28,290 bases of DNA, from positions 1-28,290 of the IMG/VR virus record IMGVR_UViG_3300046786_000192. One strand, 5' to 3'. Under the pieces are notes generated by a model. That model saw only the letters and a list, made by a program, of their open reading frames with translations, ran no database searches and was not told the DNA's origin. Both the position numbers and the translations under genes were made by a program. The stretch comes from a virus. Its lineage: Duplodnaviria > Caudoviricetes. How positions within the stretch are numbered: the stretch's first letter is position 1; the number at the start of each line of letters is the position of its first letter. Below, one piece after another: positions 14,213 to 22,459 of the stretch.

Positions 14213-15841
14213 TTACACTTGGCGAGTTAAGTCGGTTTGGAATTGTTGAATTAAGTTATAAAGTGCTAAAGCCTCGGCATCACTCAAGCCATCTCCAATT
14301 GAAGCAAATGCAGCTTGTCTTGTTGTATATGCACTAGGAACACTATTGTTGTTTTGACAACCAATGAAAATTGGTAAAGAATTTAAAGTACCAGTTTGAG
14401 TTGATGTATCAGTAGCGACTAAAGAGCCATTTTTGTATGCTTTAGCAGAAGCACTTAACGCATTTACAATTAGATGACCTATTGAATTAGTAGCAGTTGA
14501 TAAAGCATTTCTACTACCTATACTACCACCAACATAATTAGTTATAGTATCAAGTCGCATCAATAAGTTTGTAAAAGTTCCACCTAAAGTAGCACCTACA
14601 CCCATTTCCACTTGACCAGTTGCAGTTGTACTATTTGTTCTTGAGTAAAAACTTAAATGCGAATTAGTAAACATACCAGCAGCAGTTTGACCTAACTTCG
14701 TATCAGCATACCCATTCGTACCATTCGGTTGAGCACCATTTGTAGAGTAAGTCCAACCTCCAGAAAAAGCTAATCTAAATGCAGCATCACTATCTTGTGG
14801 ATTAACAAGGTTGAATTTCATTTGAGCAGCCATATCAGTTTGTAAAGTTTTATCCGTAACAAAAGGATAAACTGCTTTCATTTTAGTCCACAAGTTATTT
14901 GCTTTTAAACCATTGATTAAGGTATTAATAGCACTTACTTGAGTAGTACCAGTTATTTGAGTAGAGTATAAGTAAGTATTAGCTTCGTTAGAATAAGCAG
15001 AGTTATAATAGAATGATTGAGCTGCTTGAACACCACGAGATAAAGCTACTTGGTATTTTTCTACTATTTGGTTGAGTAATTGAGCATCTTGGTCTGTTAA
15101 TGAAGTAGATAAAGTACCAAAAGCTATTTGTTTAGGATCAAAATAGTTAGCCGTTCCATTATCATTTGAAGCACCAAAATAAAAGTTTATACTCGGTTGA
15201 GTTAATCCAGAAGTAGCAGCTCCAGATAATTTCATTACTCCATTTCTATACAATTTTTGAGATGAAGTACTTGTTACTGAAGATATATGGTAAGCATCAA
15301 ATGTTCCATAAGCACTATTTGCCATAGTGTTTCTACCCAAGTTATCGTGATATAAAGTGCCAGAACTATTAGTCCAACCTAAATGAGCTGACATACCTCT
15401 ATCATAAGAAGTACCAGAAGCACCTACTTTATAAGTACCATATAAATTCTGTCTAAAATAAACCGAAAAAGAGTTATCGTATCCAGGTAAGTTAGTTAAT
15501 AAATTAAACTTCGTATCAGCATAAGCATTAGTCCCATTAGGAGTAGCACCAGTAGCAGAATAAGTCCAACCACCAGACCAAGTTAAACGGAATGCTGCAT
15601 CTAAATCTCTTGGATCTTTTAAATTGAATTTCATTGAAGTTGCAGTACCACCAACCATTGGATAAACTGCTTTCATTTTAGTCCATAACCCAGCAGCCTT
15701 CATATCCTTAACTAAAGTATTGATAGCATCTTTTTGAGTTGCATCAGTAAGTCCAGCAGCCGTTATAAAAGCAGAAGCATCCGAGTCTAACCCAGATACT
15801 TTCCTTAAAACATTAATAGAATTTCTTAATAAATTTAGCAT
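14213..15841 (-). CDS. Virion fibre/adhesin with two tandem ~265-aa lectin-like repeats
   Basis: Repeated LWTKMKAVYP...MKFNL.DP.D.DAAFRL..SGGWTYS..GA.PNGTN.YADTK. S/T/G/N-rich beta composition. Follows the spike-base-like gene. Confidence 0.7.
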   Translation of the reverse strand: MLNLLRNSINVLRKVSGLDSDASAFITAAGLTDATQKDAINTLVKDMKAAGLWTKMKAVYPMVGGTATSMKFNLKDPRDLDAAFRLTWSGGWTYSATGATPNGTNAYADTKFNLLTNLPGYDNSFSVYFRQNLYGTYKVGASGTSYDRGMSAHLGWTNSSGTLYHDNLGRNTMANSAYGTFDAYHISSVTSTSSQKLYRNGVMKLSGAATSGLTQPSINFYFGASNDNGTANYFDPKQIAFGTLSTSLTDQDAQLLNQIVEKYQVALSRGVQAAQSFYYNSAYSNEANTYLYSTQITGTTQVSAINTLINGLKANNLWTKMKAVYPFVTDKTLQTDMAAQMKFNLVNPQDSDAAFRLAFSGGWTYSTNGAQPNGTNGYADTKLGQTAAGMFTNSHLSFYSRTNSTTATGQVEMGVGATLGGTFTNLLMRLDTITNYVGGSIGSRNALSTATNSIGHLIVNALSASAKAYKNGSLVATDTSTQTGTLNSLPIFIGCQNNNSVPSAYTTRQAAFASIGDGLSDAEALALYNLIQQFQTDLTRQV

Positions 15842-16089
15842 TAGTATAAAGCGATTATATCGGAAGCAGTTGTGTTAGTAGACATTACTTTTGTAACTTG
15901 GATAGGCATAAAAGTACCATTAGCCACATTCTTAAATGTGAATACTCCACCATTACCCATAGTTACTGCAACATCTCCACCAGTTCCAATATAAAGACCA
16001 CCAGTCAAATCAAGAACAGTACTATCGGATTTCGTTACAGAAATTGCACCAGCTGCTTGATCATTCGTTTCTCTCTTAAAATTTGCCAT
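15841..16089 (-). CDS. Head-spike base protein, RcGTA Rcc01079-like
   Basis: VTKSDSTVL...LYIGTGGDVAV...FTFKNVANGTFMPIQVTKVMSTNTTASDIIALY matches the family pattern as recalled. Confidence 0.65.
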   Translation of the reverse strand: MANFKRETNDQAAGAISVTKSDSTVLDLTGGLYIGTGGDVAVTMGNGGVFTFKNVANGTFMPIQVTKVMSTNTTASDIIALY

Positions 16090-16110
16090 TGTATTTTATT
16101 TTAAATAGGA

Positions 16111-16530
16111 TTAATTAGGAATTTGACACTCATTATATACAAAATCTACACCCAAAGTAAAGCTAAATCTTGCTCCACCCAAATAGTCCGGAGTTTGCTC
16201 TTCAACCACATCAAAAGTAACATCGCCTAAACGAATATCTTGATTGTATTTTAAAGCTGAAAGAATATCCCCTCCTATTTGAATGCAGTCGCTTTTAACT
16301 TCCTCAACATTGGTTTGGTCTTGTAAAGTTTTGTCTAAAGTAAATAACTCAACATTAAAGGTCATCACATTGCCACTTATAGAGCCATTTGCAACATTAA
16401 AAAATAATGCTGGATAGTTATTATCACCTTGCTCTAAAAAGTCCCAAGTATCGCCATAAAAAGTTGTTTTTATCTGCTTATGACTTTGACTTAACGACTT
16501 TATTGTTTGTATTACTTGGTTTAGTGTCAT
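16111..16530 (-). CDS. Putative tail terminator/completion protein (start revised to MTLNQ)
   Basis: About 140 aa with a YPALFF motif, downstream of the adaptor. The ATG at 16530 is preferred over the TTG at 16539. Confidence 0.5.
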   Translation of the reverse strand: MTLNQVIQTIKSLSQSHKQIKTTFYGDTWDFLEQGDNNYPALFFNVANGSISGNVMTFNVELFTLDKTLQDQTNVEEVKSDCIQIGGDILSALKYNQDIRLGDVTFDVVEEQTPDYLGGARFSFTLGVDFVYNECQIPN

Positions 16531-16597
16531 TTTTTTCAATTTTAGCCAAGAAGAGCTTTAACTTCTCAACATTTTTGTTGTTATAATTTTTTGCCAT
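16478..16597 (-). CDS. Small basic 39-aa protein (MAKNYNNKNVEKLKLFLAKIEK...)
   Basis: Manually translated. ATG is 3 nt after the adaptor stop and the ORF fills the gap. Confidence 0.45.
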   Translation of the reverse strand: MAKNYNNKNVEKLKLFLAKIEKNDTKPSNTNNKVVKSKS

Positions 16598-16600
16598 ATA

Positions 16601-17200
16601 TTAACATCCACAGTTTCGCCCAGTTTTGCCTTGGTACATACTTTCAAATGTCCTTTTCTCTCCATGCTTCCAATCCCAACATTCATCTAAAAATATTGAA
16701 CTTGTATAAGCATCTCTATCTGGAATGATAGTGTCAAGAGTGCTTCCAGGATTTAAGTATAAAGGGAATAAACCAGCAGCAGCTTGGACTTTTAAATAGT
16801 TAATTAATCTTTCTTTATAGAACTCTGCTCTTGTTTTGTATCTTGCTGAAATATCTAATAAATCTTGCATTGATGGTTGTGTAGTGTTATCTCCAGTTTT
16901 TTGTACTGTTCCTTTAGTATACATTTGGAAGTTTAGCTCTACACTCAACTCACTTAATACATAATAAACCAAAGTATCTGCTATATAATCGTTTATTAAA
17001 GTAACCTCATCCGAAGTCAAGTTATTAGCTTGAATACCAGTAAGAATGCGATTATAAAGAGCAGTACCAAGAGCTGGATGAATATACATATCTTGACTCG
17101 TTTTGATTTCTGGATAAAGTAGTTTTTCATCTACATTACCAGCTAAACCACTACGCTCTTTAATTGAATTTGGACTTATTATTAATATATTCTTGCTCAT
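16601..17200 (-). CDS. Putative head-tail adaptor/connector
   Basis: Helical 199-aa protein (QDMYIHPALGTALY) immediately after the portal. Confidence 0.55.
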   Translation of the reverse strand: MSKNILIISPNSIKERSGLAGNVDEKLLYPEIKTSQDMYIHPALGTALYNRILTGIQANNLTSDEVTLINDYIADTLVYYVLSELSVELNFQMYTKGTVQKTGDNTTQPSMQDLLDISARYKTRAEFYKERLINYLKVQAAAGLFPLYLNPGSTLDTIIPDRDAYTSSIFLDECWDWKHGEKRTFESMYQGKTGRNCGC

Positions 17201-17202
17201 TT

Positions 17203-18963
17203 TTATTTGTTTTTACGCATTACGATATTGCTTTTCCATTCGTGTCGGCAGCTTGGAGAATGAGTACCATCTGGCATAGTCCACCATTTTCCCTTGCGAT
17301 CCCATACTGAATAACCTAATCTTGCACTCATTGTTTCAATATCTGCTCTTGAATAGAACTTATCTAAAGACATTAATCTTTTACAAAATTCTCTACTTGG
17401 ATGAGCACTTGTATTTCTTTGGTCAGCTGGTACTATATCTTTCCACTCATAAGAGTATCTAATTAAAAAAGATTTAGTTTCTGGCTCTATTTTAGTCAAT
17501 TCGCTTAAAGGAGCAGTTAATTCATGTATAATTACTCCGTTATCCATTCCTTGAGCTAAACTTCCACTTTTAATTAAATCCTCAATATTCCTATTTACAA
17601 CATCAATATCAACCTTTAAAGTGTCTGCAATTACCTCTGGAGTTATTCTTTTATCCTTGCTAATTAAGTCAAGTATATCAGCTTTAGTTTGGTTTATTGA
17701 TGCAAATAATTCATAATCGGTATAATCATCAAATCTTGCTTTCTTTTTGAATACTTGGAAGTTAGATGATGGTTCACCGAATTCCTCAAATATGAAATCT
17801 TCGCTCATTTTTTGTGGTTGTGGTTGGTATAAACTTGCATCAATACCTAACTTCTCTAATATCCACTCTTTAGGTGCTACTGCAGCTATTGTTTGCTCTC
17901 CAAATTCAATTCCTATTGGCTCTACTGCTATCAAAGTCATTGGCTCTTTTACACCTCTGTAACTGCCAATCATATTGATAACTGCTTCAATTTGTCTTTG
18001 CTTGTAATTAATATAAGTATTTTTAAATATCTCATATCCATCACGCATCTCTTGTCTGCTTCCTAATTTACCAGGCTCTGCAATACCAAATAATGCTGGA
18101 GTAGTAATTTGATGTGATACATAGATATTTGTTCTAATTAATTCATCAGTATGGCTAAAATCTTCTTTAGTTAAATCACTCGCACCTAAATCATCTATAA
18201 TAGGTTTTCTATTGCTATCGTTTACAAATGATAAAAGGAACTTCTTGCCATCACTACCAGTAAACTTATTCTCAAACTTGCGTTCAATAATTCTTTTCTC
18301 TTCTGGATTAGGCTCTCCATTTGGTAAGGTAATTAATTTACTCGGAGTAAAGCCAGTTTGTGCATTACCTAAAACATGCTTACTTACTTCAATATCACTT
18401 TCAATATAGTTTAAACCACCAAAATAAGATGGCAAAGGATAAATGCTAATTCCGGCACGATATTCTTTAGCAAATAAGATTTGACTTCCTTTAGGTACAT
18501 TAGGATTAAATGCCGGATATACTTTTGCCTCTTCGTGTCTATCTTTCCAATTATCTTTAACCCAATATTGAGTATTGTCTTTATTTGTTCTAACTTTTGA
18601 ATAATCTATATGGTATATATCCGAGATCATTCCATTCATTGCCCAAATAACTTGCAAATAAAAGCCACCAAAGATTTCGTTATCAGTTACTATCTTTTTA
18701 GTTACCTCTTCAAGTGTTTCAACCTGGTTTGCGTGTTTAATAAAAAGCTCTCCATAAGCATCTCCAGCTTTCCAACCATTTCCACAAATGTAATTAATTT
18801 TACCTTTTATTAATGCTTGATGCTTTGCAGATTTCTTATAAAGCTCTAATAGATATTCTGGATAGTCATTCATATGACCATACTCATAATAACCTATTCC
18901 CTTTTTCTCTTTATAGTCCGGTTGTCTTGCCTCTGCAAATGTTAATATACTGAAATTATCCAT
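17203..18963 (-). CDS. Portal protein with C-terminal wHTH and Cys/His domain
   Basis: Portal-like core (YPEYLLELYKKSAKH, YPLPSY, GFTPS, KFTGSDG, SHQITTPALFG) plus an extension of about 200 aa. Confidence 0.8.
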   Translation of the reverse strand: MDNFSILTFAEARQPDYKEKKGIGYYEYGHMNDYPEYLLELYKKSAKHQALIKGKINYICGNGWKAGDAYGELFIKHANQVETLEEVTKKIVTDNEIFGGFYLQVIWAMNGMISDIYHIDYSKVRTNKDNTQYWVKDNWKDRHEEAKVYPAFNPNVPKGSQILFAKEYRAGISIYPLPSYFGGLNYIESDIEVSKHVLGNAQTGFTPSKLITLPNGEPNPEEKRIIERKFENKFTGSDGKKFLLSFVNDSNRKPIIDDLGASDLTKEDFSHTDELIRTNIYVSHQITTPALFGIAEPGKLGSRQEMRDGYEIFKNTYINYKQRQIEAVINMIGSYRGVKEPMTLIAVEPIGIEFGEQTIAAVAPKEWILEKLGIDASLYQPQPQKMSEDFIFEEFGEPSSNFQVFKKKARFDDYTDYELFASINQTKADILDLISKDKRITPEVIADTLKVDIDVVNRNIEDLIKSGSLAQGMDNGVIIHELTAPLSELTKIEPETKSFLIRYSYEWKDIVPADQRNTSAHPSREFCKRLMSLDKFYSRADIETMSARLGYSVWDRKGKWWTMPDGTHSPSCRHEWKSNIVMRKNK

Positions 18964-19309
18964 AAACTACATATGTATTTAATGTATCGTGAGTTGTAAA
19001 TACTGTATTATTGTCAATTACCCTTACTAAACCAGTTTCAAGAACTTGTCCACTTGTAGCTACTGCTGAATTAGATCCAAATACTGTATAATTCCATTGA
19101 CCTATTGTCAAAGAATTAAAAAAAGAATAAGGAAATTCATTGTATCTATTAGGATAAGGACTTAAATCAGTGCTTCTCAATTTAGTAATAGTTATTACTT
19201 GCTTCGTAACCACATTAGTAAACTGAAAATACCAATAAGCCCATGCACTCGTTTCTTTTTCATTTAGAGTGAAGATAAAATTAGTAGGATTGTCAATATT
19301 AAGTACCAT
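18956..19309 (-). CDS. Virion-associated hypothetical protein (start revised to MVLNID)
   Basis: The ORF-track start at 19381 runs through a terminator hairpin. The ATG at 19309 lies downstream of it. Confidence 0.6.
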   Translation of the reverse strand: MVLNIDNPTNFIFTLNEKETSAWAYWYFQFTNVVTKQVITITKLRSTDLSPYPNRYNEFPYSFFNSLTIGQWNYTVFGSNSAVATSGQVLETGLVRVIDNNTVFTTHDTLNTYVVYG

Positions 19310-19342
19310 TCTATATGTAAATAGGCAAACCTCTAAAAATAC

Positions 19343-19374
19343 AAAAAGGAGTGGTAAAAACCACCCCTCTTTTA
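19343..19374 (-). terminator. Intrinsic terminator after the tail tube gene
   Basis: Minus-strand GAGGGGTGGT-TTTT-ACCACTCCTT followed by TTTG. Confidence 0.7.
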
Positions 19375-19393
19375 TATACAACTACGAACAACC

Positions 19394-19900
19394 TTAGTTT
19401 GTAATAGCATTGATTGTAGAAGCTAATACAGACCACATTGGATCAGCTTCCATTGCTTGGAAAGTTAAAGAATAACCATTTCTGTCTCCAGATGCAGTAC
19501 CAGTTGCAGAATTACCAGAAGTAATATCTAAACCATTTTTTGCGCCTAATAACCAGAAGTTACCATTCATATCTTCTACGATAGCCATCAATCTGTTTTT
19601 TGCAAGTAACAAGATTTCGTTTCTTGTAGCAGCAGCTAATTTATTAAGAATTACAGTTAATTCTTGTTGGTAAAATATAGTACCATTTTGAACATTAGCA
19701 GTAATAGTTTCAGTTAATGAAGATGTTTCACGAACTTGAGCATACTTCCAAAACTTTTTACCAGTAGCCATAGTTAAAGTAGCAACACCAGGAGCATAAG
19801 TTGCAGTAGCATTATCAAATTCTACAAATCTAACTGACTTTACACCACCTAATGACTCTTTACAGTCTAATATAAACCCTTGAGTTAAAGGACAAGCCAT
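19394..19900 (-). CDS. Putative major tail (tube) protein
   Basis: 168-aa beta-rich protein (CKESLGG, FYQQEL, GDRNGYSLTF) with high-expression codon style, after the capsid gene. Confidence 0.6.
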   Translation of the reverse strand: MACPLTQGFILDCKESLGGVKSVRFVEFDNATATYAPGVATLTMATGKKFWKYAQVRETSSLTETITANVQNGTIFYQQELTVILNKLAAATRNEILLLAKNRLMAIVEDMNGNFWLLGAKNGLDITSGNSATGTASGDRNGYSLTFQAMEADPMWSVLASTINAITN

Positions 19901-19926
19901 ATTATTTTAATTTAAGATTTTAGAAG

Positions 19927-19955
19927 AAAAGTGGGAGTATTTAAACCCCCACTAT
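19927..19955 (-). terminator. Intrinsic terminator after the major capsid gene
   Basis: Minus-strand AGTGGGGGT-ttaa-ATACTCCCACT-TTTC. Confidence 0.7.
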
Positions 19956-19962
19956 AATTTTA

Positions 19963-20922
19963 TTATACTAATACGAAAGCAACTAATTGAGTACCAAACG
20001 CATAGTTCACACCCATTTTGAATTCGCTTACGAAACGAACTTCATCAGCTTCTTTTGCGTAGAAGATTTCAAATTTCTCTTCTTCGTTCAATAAGTCAGT
20101 ACCCAAGAATAAGTTTTCTAAATTAGTAGCATAAATTTTAGAAGTACCATTTAAACCTGGAGTAGCAATAACTTCTACTGAAGTACCTGGTAAGAAGAAT
20201 GAGCTATCAGCTTTAGCATCAACTGCATAATGGAACATATTAGCATTTTTCAATGCGATAGTATAAGTTCTAAATACATCTTGACCACAGAAGATTTTAG
20301 CAGATGGCATTGCAACGATTTCAGCCGGTAATGCTTTGTAAACTGCATCAAAGATTGCAACAACATTTGAAGCTACGATACCAGTAGAAGTAGTAACTGC
20401 AGCAGAGATATACGGAGTAGCATTTGCAAGAATAACAGTACCATCAGCAGCAGCTAATTTAGCGATACCATCAAATTTGTTTAAGTTTGCACTACCAGAA
20501 GCAGTATCTCCTTGCCATAAAGCAGTTTCTAATTGAGCAGCAATACGAGCAGATTTTTTCATTGAATATTCTTCAGCAAATACCATTTCAGTATAACGAG
20601 ATCCTGCAGGTAATGCTTTTTGAATATAAGAACTTTCTAAAGTTTTAACGCAAAGAGCTTCATTAACTTTGATTTTACCAATAGTTACAGTTCTTTGAGT
20701 AAATGTAGTAGTACCAGAAGCATTGAAGCCACAAGTTCCACCAGCTTGGAATACTGCATCAGTATCCATAATGTTGATTTTTTCAGCAGATTTTACACCC
20801 ACCATTACATTACCTTGATTTTTAATCAAAGTAGCAGTTTTTGCACCTAATACGGCACTTGTAACCAATAAATCTTGGTTTTCAATTGTGTAATTGCTTA
20901 AAGCAGAAATGTTAAATGACAT
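19963..20922 (-). CDS. Major capsid protein (HK97-fold, inferred)
   Basis: 319 aa, after protease and scaffold. LETALWQGD...FDG motif. Followed by a terminator. Confidence 0.8.
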   Translation of the reverse strand: MSFNISALSNYTIENQDLLVTSAVLGAKTATLIKNQGNVMVGVKSAEKINIMDTDAVFQAGGTCGFNASGTTTFTQRTVTIGKIKVNEALCVKTLESSYIQKALPAGSRYTEMVFAEEYSMKKSARIAAQLETALWQGDTASGSANLNKFDGIAKLAAADGTVILANATPYISAAVTTSTGIVASNVVAIFDAVYKALPAEIVAMPSAKIFCGQDVFRTYTIALKNANMFHYAVDAKADSSFFLPGTSVEVIATPGLNGTSKIYATNLENLFLGTDLLNEEEKFEIFYAKEADEVRFVSEFKMGVNYAFGTQLVAFVLV

Positions 20923-20935
20923 GTTTTTTTAATTT

Positions 20936-21508
20936 TTAATTGTTATTTACTTTTTTAGCCATCTCTAAAAATCTATTGATTTTTTCGCTTGACTTGTCTA
21001 TTTTTTTGAAAGAGTTTGGAGTTTCAATTGGATCAGCAGTTGCAGTTGTAGCTAAACCTTCAATAGCAGAAGCTAAATCTTTAATAGCTGCTTCAAATTT
21101 AGAATACATTGCATTAACAACATCTTCTTGTTTAGCGAATTGTGCAGTTTGTGCTTCGCATTGAACTTTTGTAGCTGCTAATTCTTCTTCAAGTTTAGCA
21201 ATCTTGTCTTTCATTTCTTGCACAGAAGCATCTTCTTCTGGCATTGCATCTTCTTTAGGAGAAGCGATTTCAATAATAGCACCAGTTTCATCTAATTGAA
21301 TAGATGTACCATCAGCTAAAATGTACTCTCCCATCGGTGCAGCAGTTCCATCAGCTAAAGTAACAAGACCACCTATCTCATACTTATCAATGTTGATTGT
21401 AGTACCATTATCTAATGTGTACTCTACAAACTCAACTTGATTTTCTGGAGTAGCTGGAGCATCGTTAAATAACTCCTTCACTTTGTTTACGAAATCAATT
21501 GGATTCAT
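20936..21508 (-). CDS. Putative capsid scaffolding protein
   Basis: Acidic, with repeated LxDGT motifs and a C-terminal coiled coil, lying between protease and capsid. Confidence 0.6.
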   Translation of the reverse strand: MNPIDFVNKVKELFNDAPATPENQVEFVEYTLDNGTTINIDKYEIGGLVTLADGTAAPMGEYILADGTSIQLDETGAIIEIASPKEDAMPEEDASVQEMKDKIAKLEEELAATKVQCEAQTAQFAKQEDVVNAMYSKFEAAIKDLASAIEGLATTATADPIETPNSFKKIDKSSEKINRFLEMAKKVNNN

Positions 21509-21539
21509 ACTTTTTTATTTTAATTAGTGAATAAATACT

Positions 21540-22439
21540 TTAGTGCAACTTAACTTGTTCAAGTAAGTTTTTAATTTGAGCTTTTATTTGCTCTGCTTTC
21601 ATCTCTTCCGGTCTTTTATACTTAAATAAACCCTCAACCGAGAAGCCTTTGAAATCTCCGTTCTTAATAGATGCCCATACTTCTGGATTATCTACTTTAA
21701 AACTGCCAAACCAACTACCCTCTGGTGCATCTTCAAAACCTACCATTGGTTGTATGCCTCTTTTCTTTGAAGTAATAAAGCTCTCAAATAAAGTAACACC
21801 ATCAACGATTTGCATTGGATCGTGCATCAAGTTTACATTTGCTTGGTATCCTTTTTGGAAGTACTTTTGTACTATCTTTTGAATAGTAGCTGCATTGAAT
21901 ACAACATAATACTCCCCATTTGCATCAAAACGATATATTGGAGTATCACTTAACATTAAAGGACCAGAAACGATTTGCTCATCTTCGTTTATTGAGAATT
22001 TCATTTTTTGAATGCTTGTTAGTTTATTTTCTGCCCAAGTTAAAGCAGCTTCGCCACCCCAAGCATCGTACATTAATTTACCACAACCATCTTCGTAGCT
22101 TTTAGAACTTTCTAAATCTATTTTATGTCTACTTAAATAAGAGTACATTCTTTGAATAGTATCTAAACTGATTGGCTCTCCACTTGCTAATTGATTAGCT
22201 CTTGTTTTGCCTACCGGAGTGCCACAAGTTCCCCAACCATTTTCAGTTGCCCAATCTAAAGCCTTTTGAGCAGTATTCTTTACGCTATCTGGATAGTCGC
22301 TAAACGAGTCAGCAAACTTTAAAAAATTCTTTTGAATTGCTGGTTTATCTACGAGTGCGATGAAGTCCACTTCACTATCATCGTTGAAGTCCGAGTTGAT
22401 GTCCAAGTAATATAATGGAATGTTTGAGTCATATTTCAT
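21540..22439 (-). CDS. XkdF-like prohead protease with ~100-aa inserted domain
   Basis: IALVDKPAI, VSGPLM, NLMH, GSW and GFSVEG motifs. Confidence 0.75.
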   Translation of the reverse strand: MKYDSNIPLYYLDINSDFNDDSEVDFIALVDKPAIQKNFLKFADSFSDYPDSVKNTAQKALDWATENGWGTCGTPVGKTRANQLASGEPISLDTIQRMYSYLSRHKIDLESSKSYEDGCGKLMYDAWGGEAALTWAENKLTSIQKMKFSINEDEQIVSGPLMLSDTPIYRFDANGEYYVVFNAATIQKIVQKYFQKGYQANVNLMHDPMQIVDGVTLFESFITSKKRGIQPMVGFEDAPEGSWFGSFKVDNPEVWASIKNGDFKGFSVEGLFKYKRPEEMKAEQIKAQIKNLLEQVKLH

Positions 22440-22459
22440 AATAATAAATAGTTTAAAAG

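Noticed and set aside
14213-15841. Repeats in the fibre gene as a DGR template/variable pair
   Set aside because: There is no reverse transcriptase in the window. Differences are not adenine-specific and both units are coding.
394-22105. All plus-strand ORFs in the track (e.g. 394-699, 1976-2188, 2451-2687, 7511-7854, 17747-18813, 20940-22105)
   Set aside because: They are antisense shadows of well-supported minus-strand genes and have no motifs or plausible start context.
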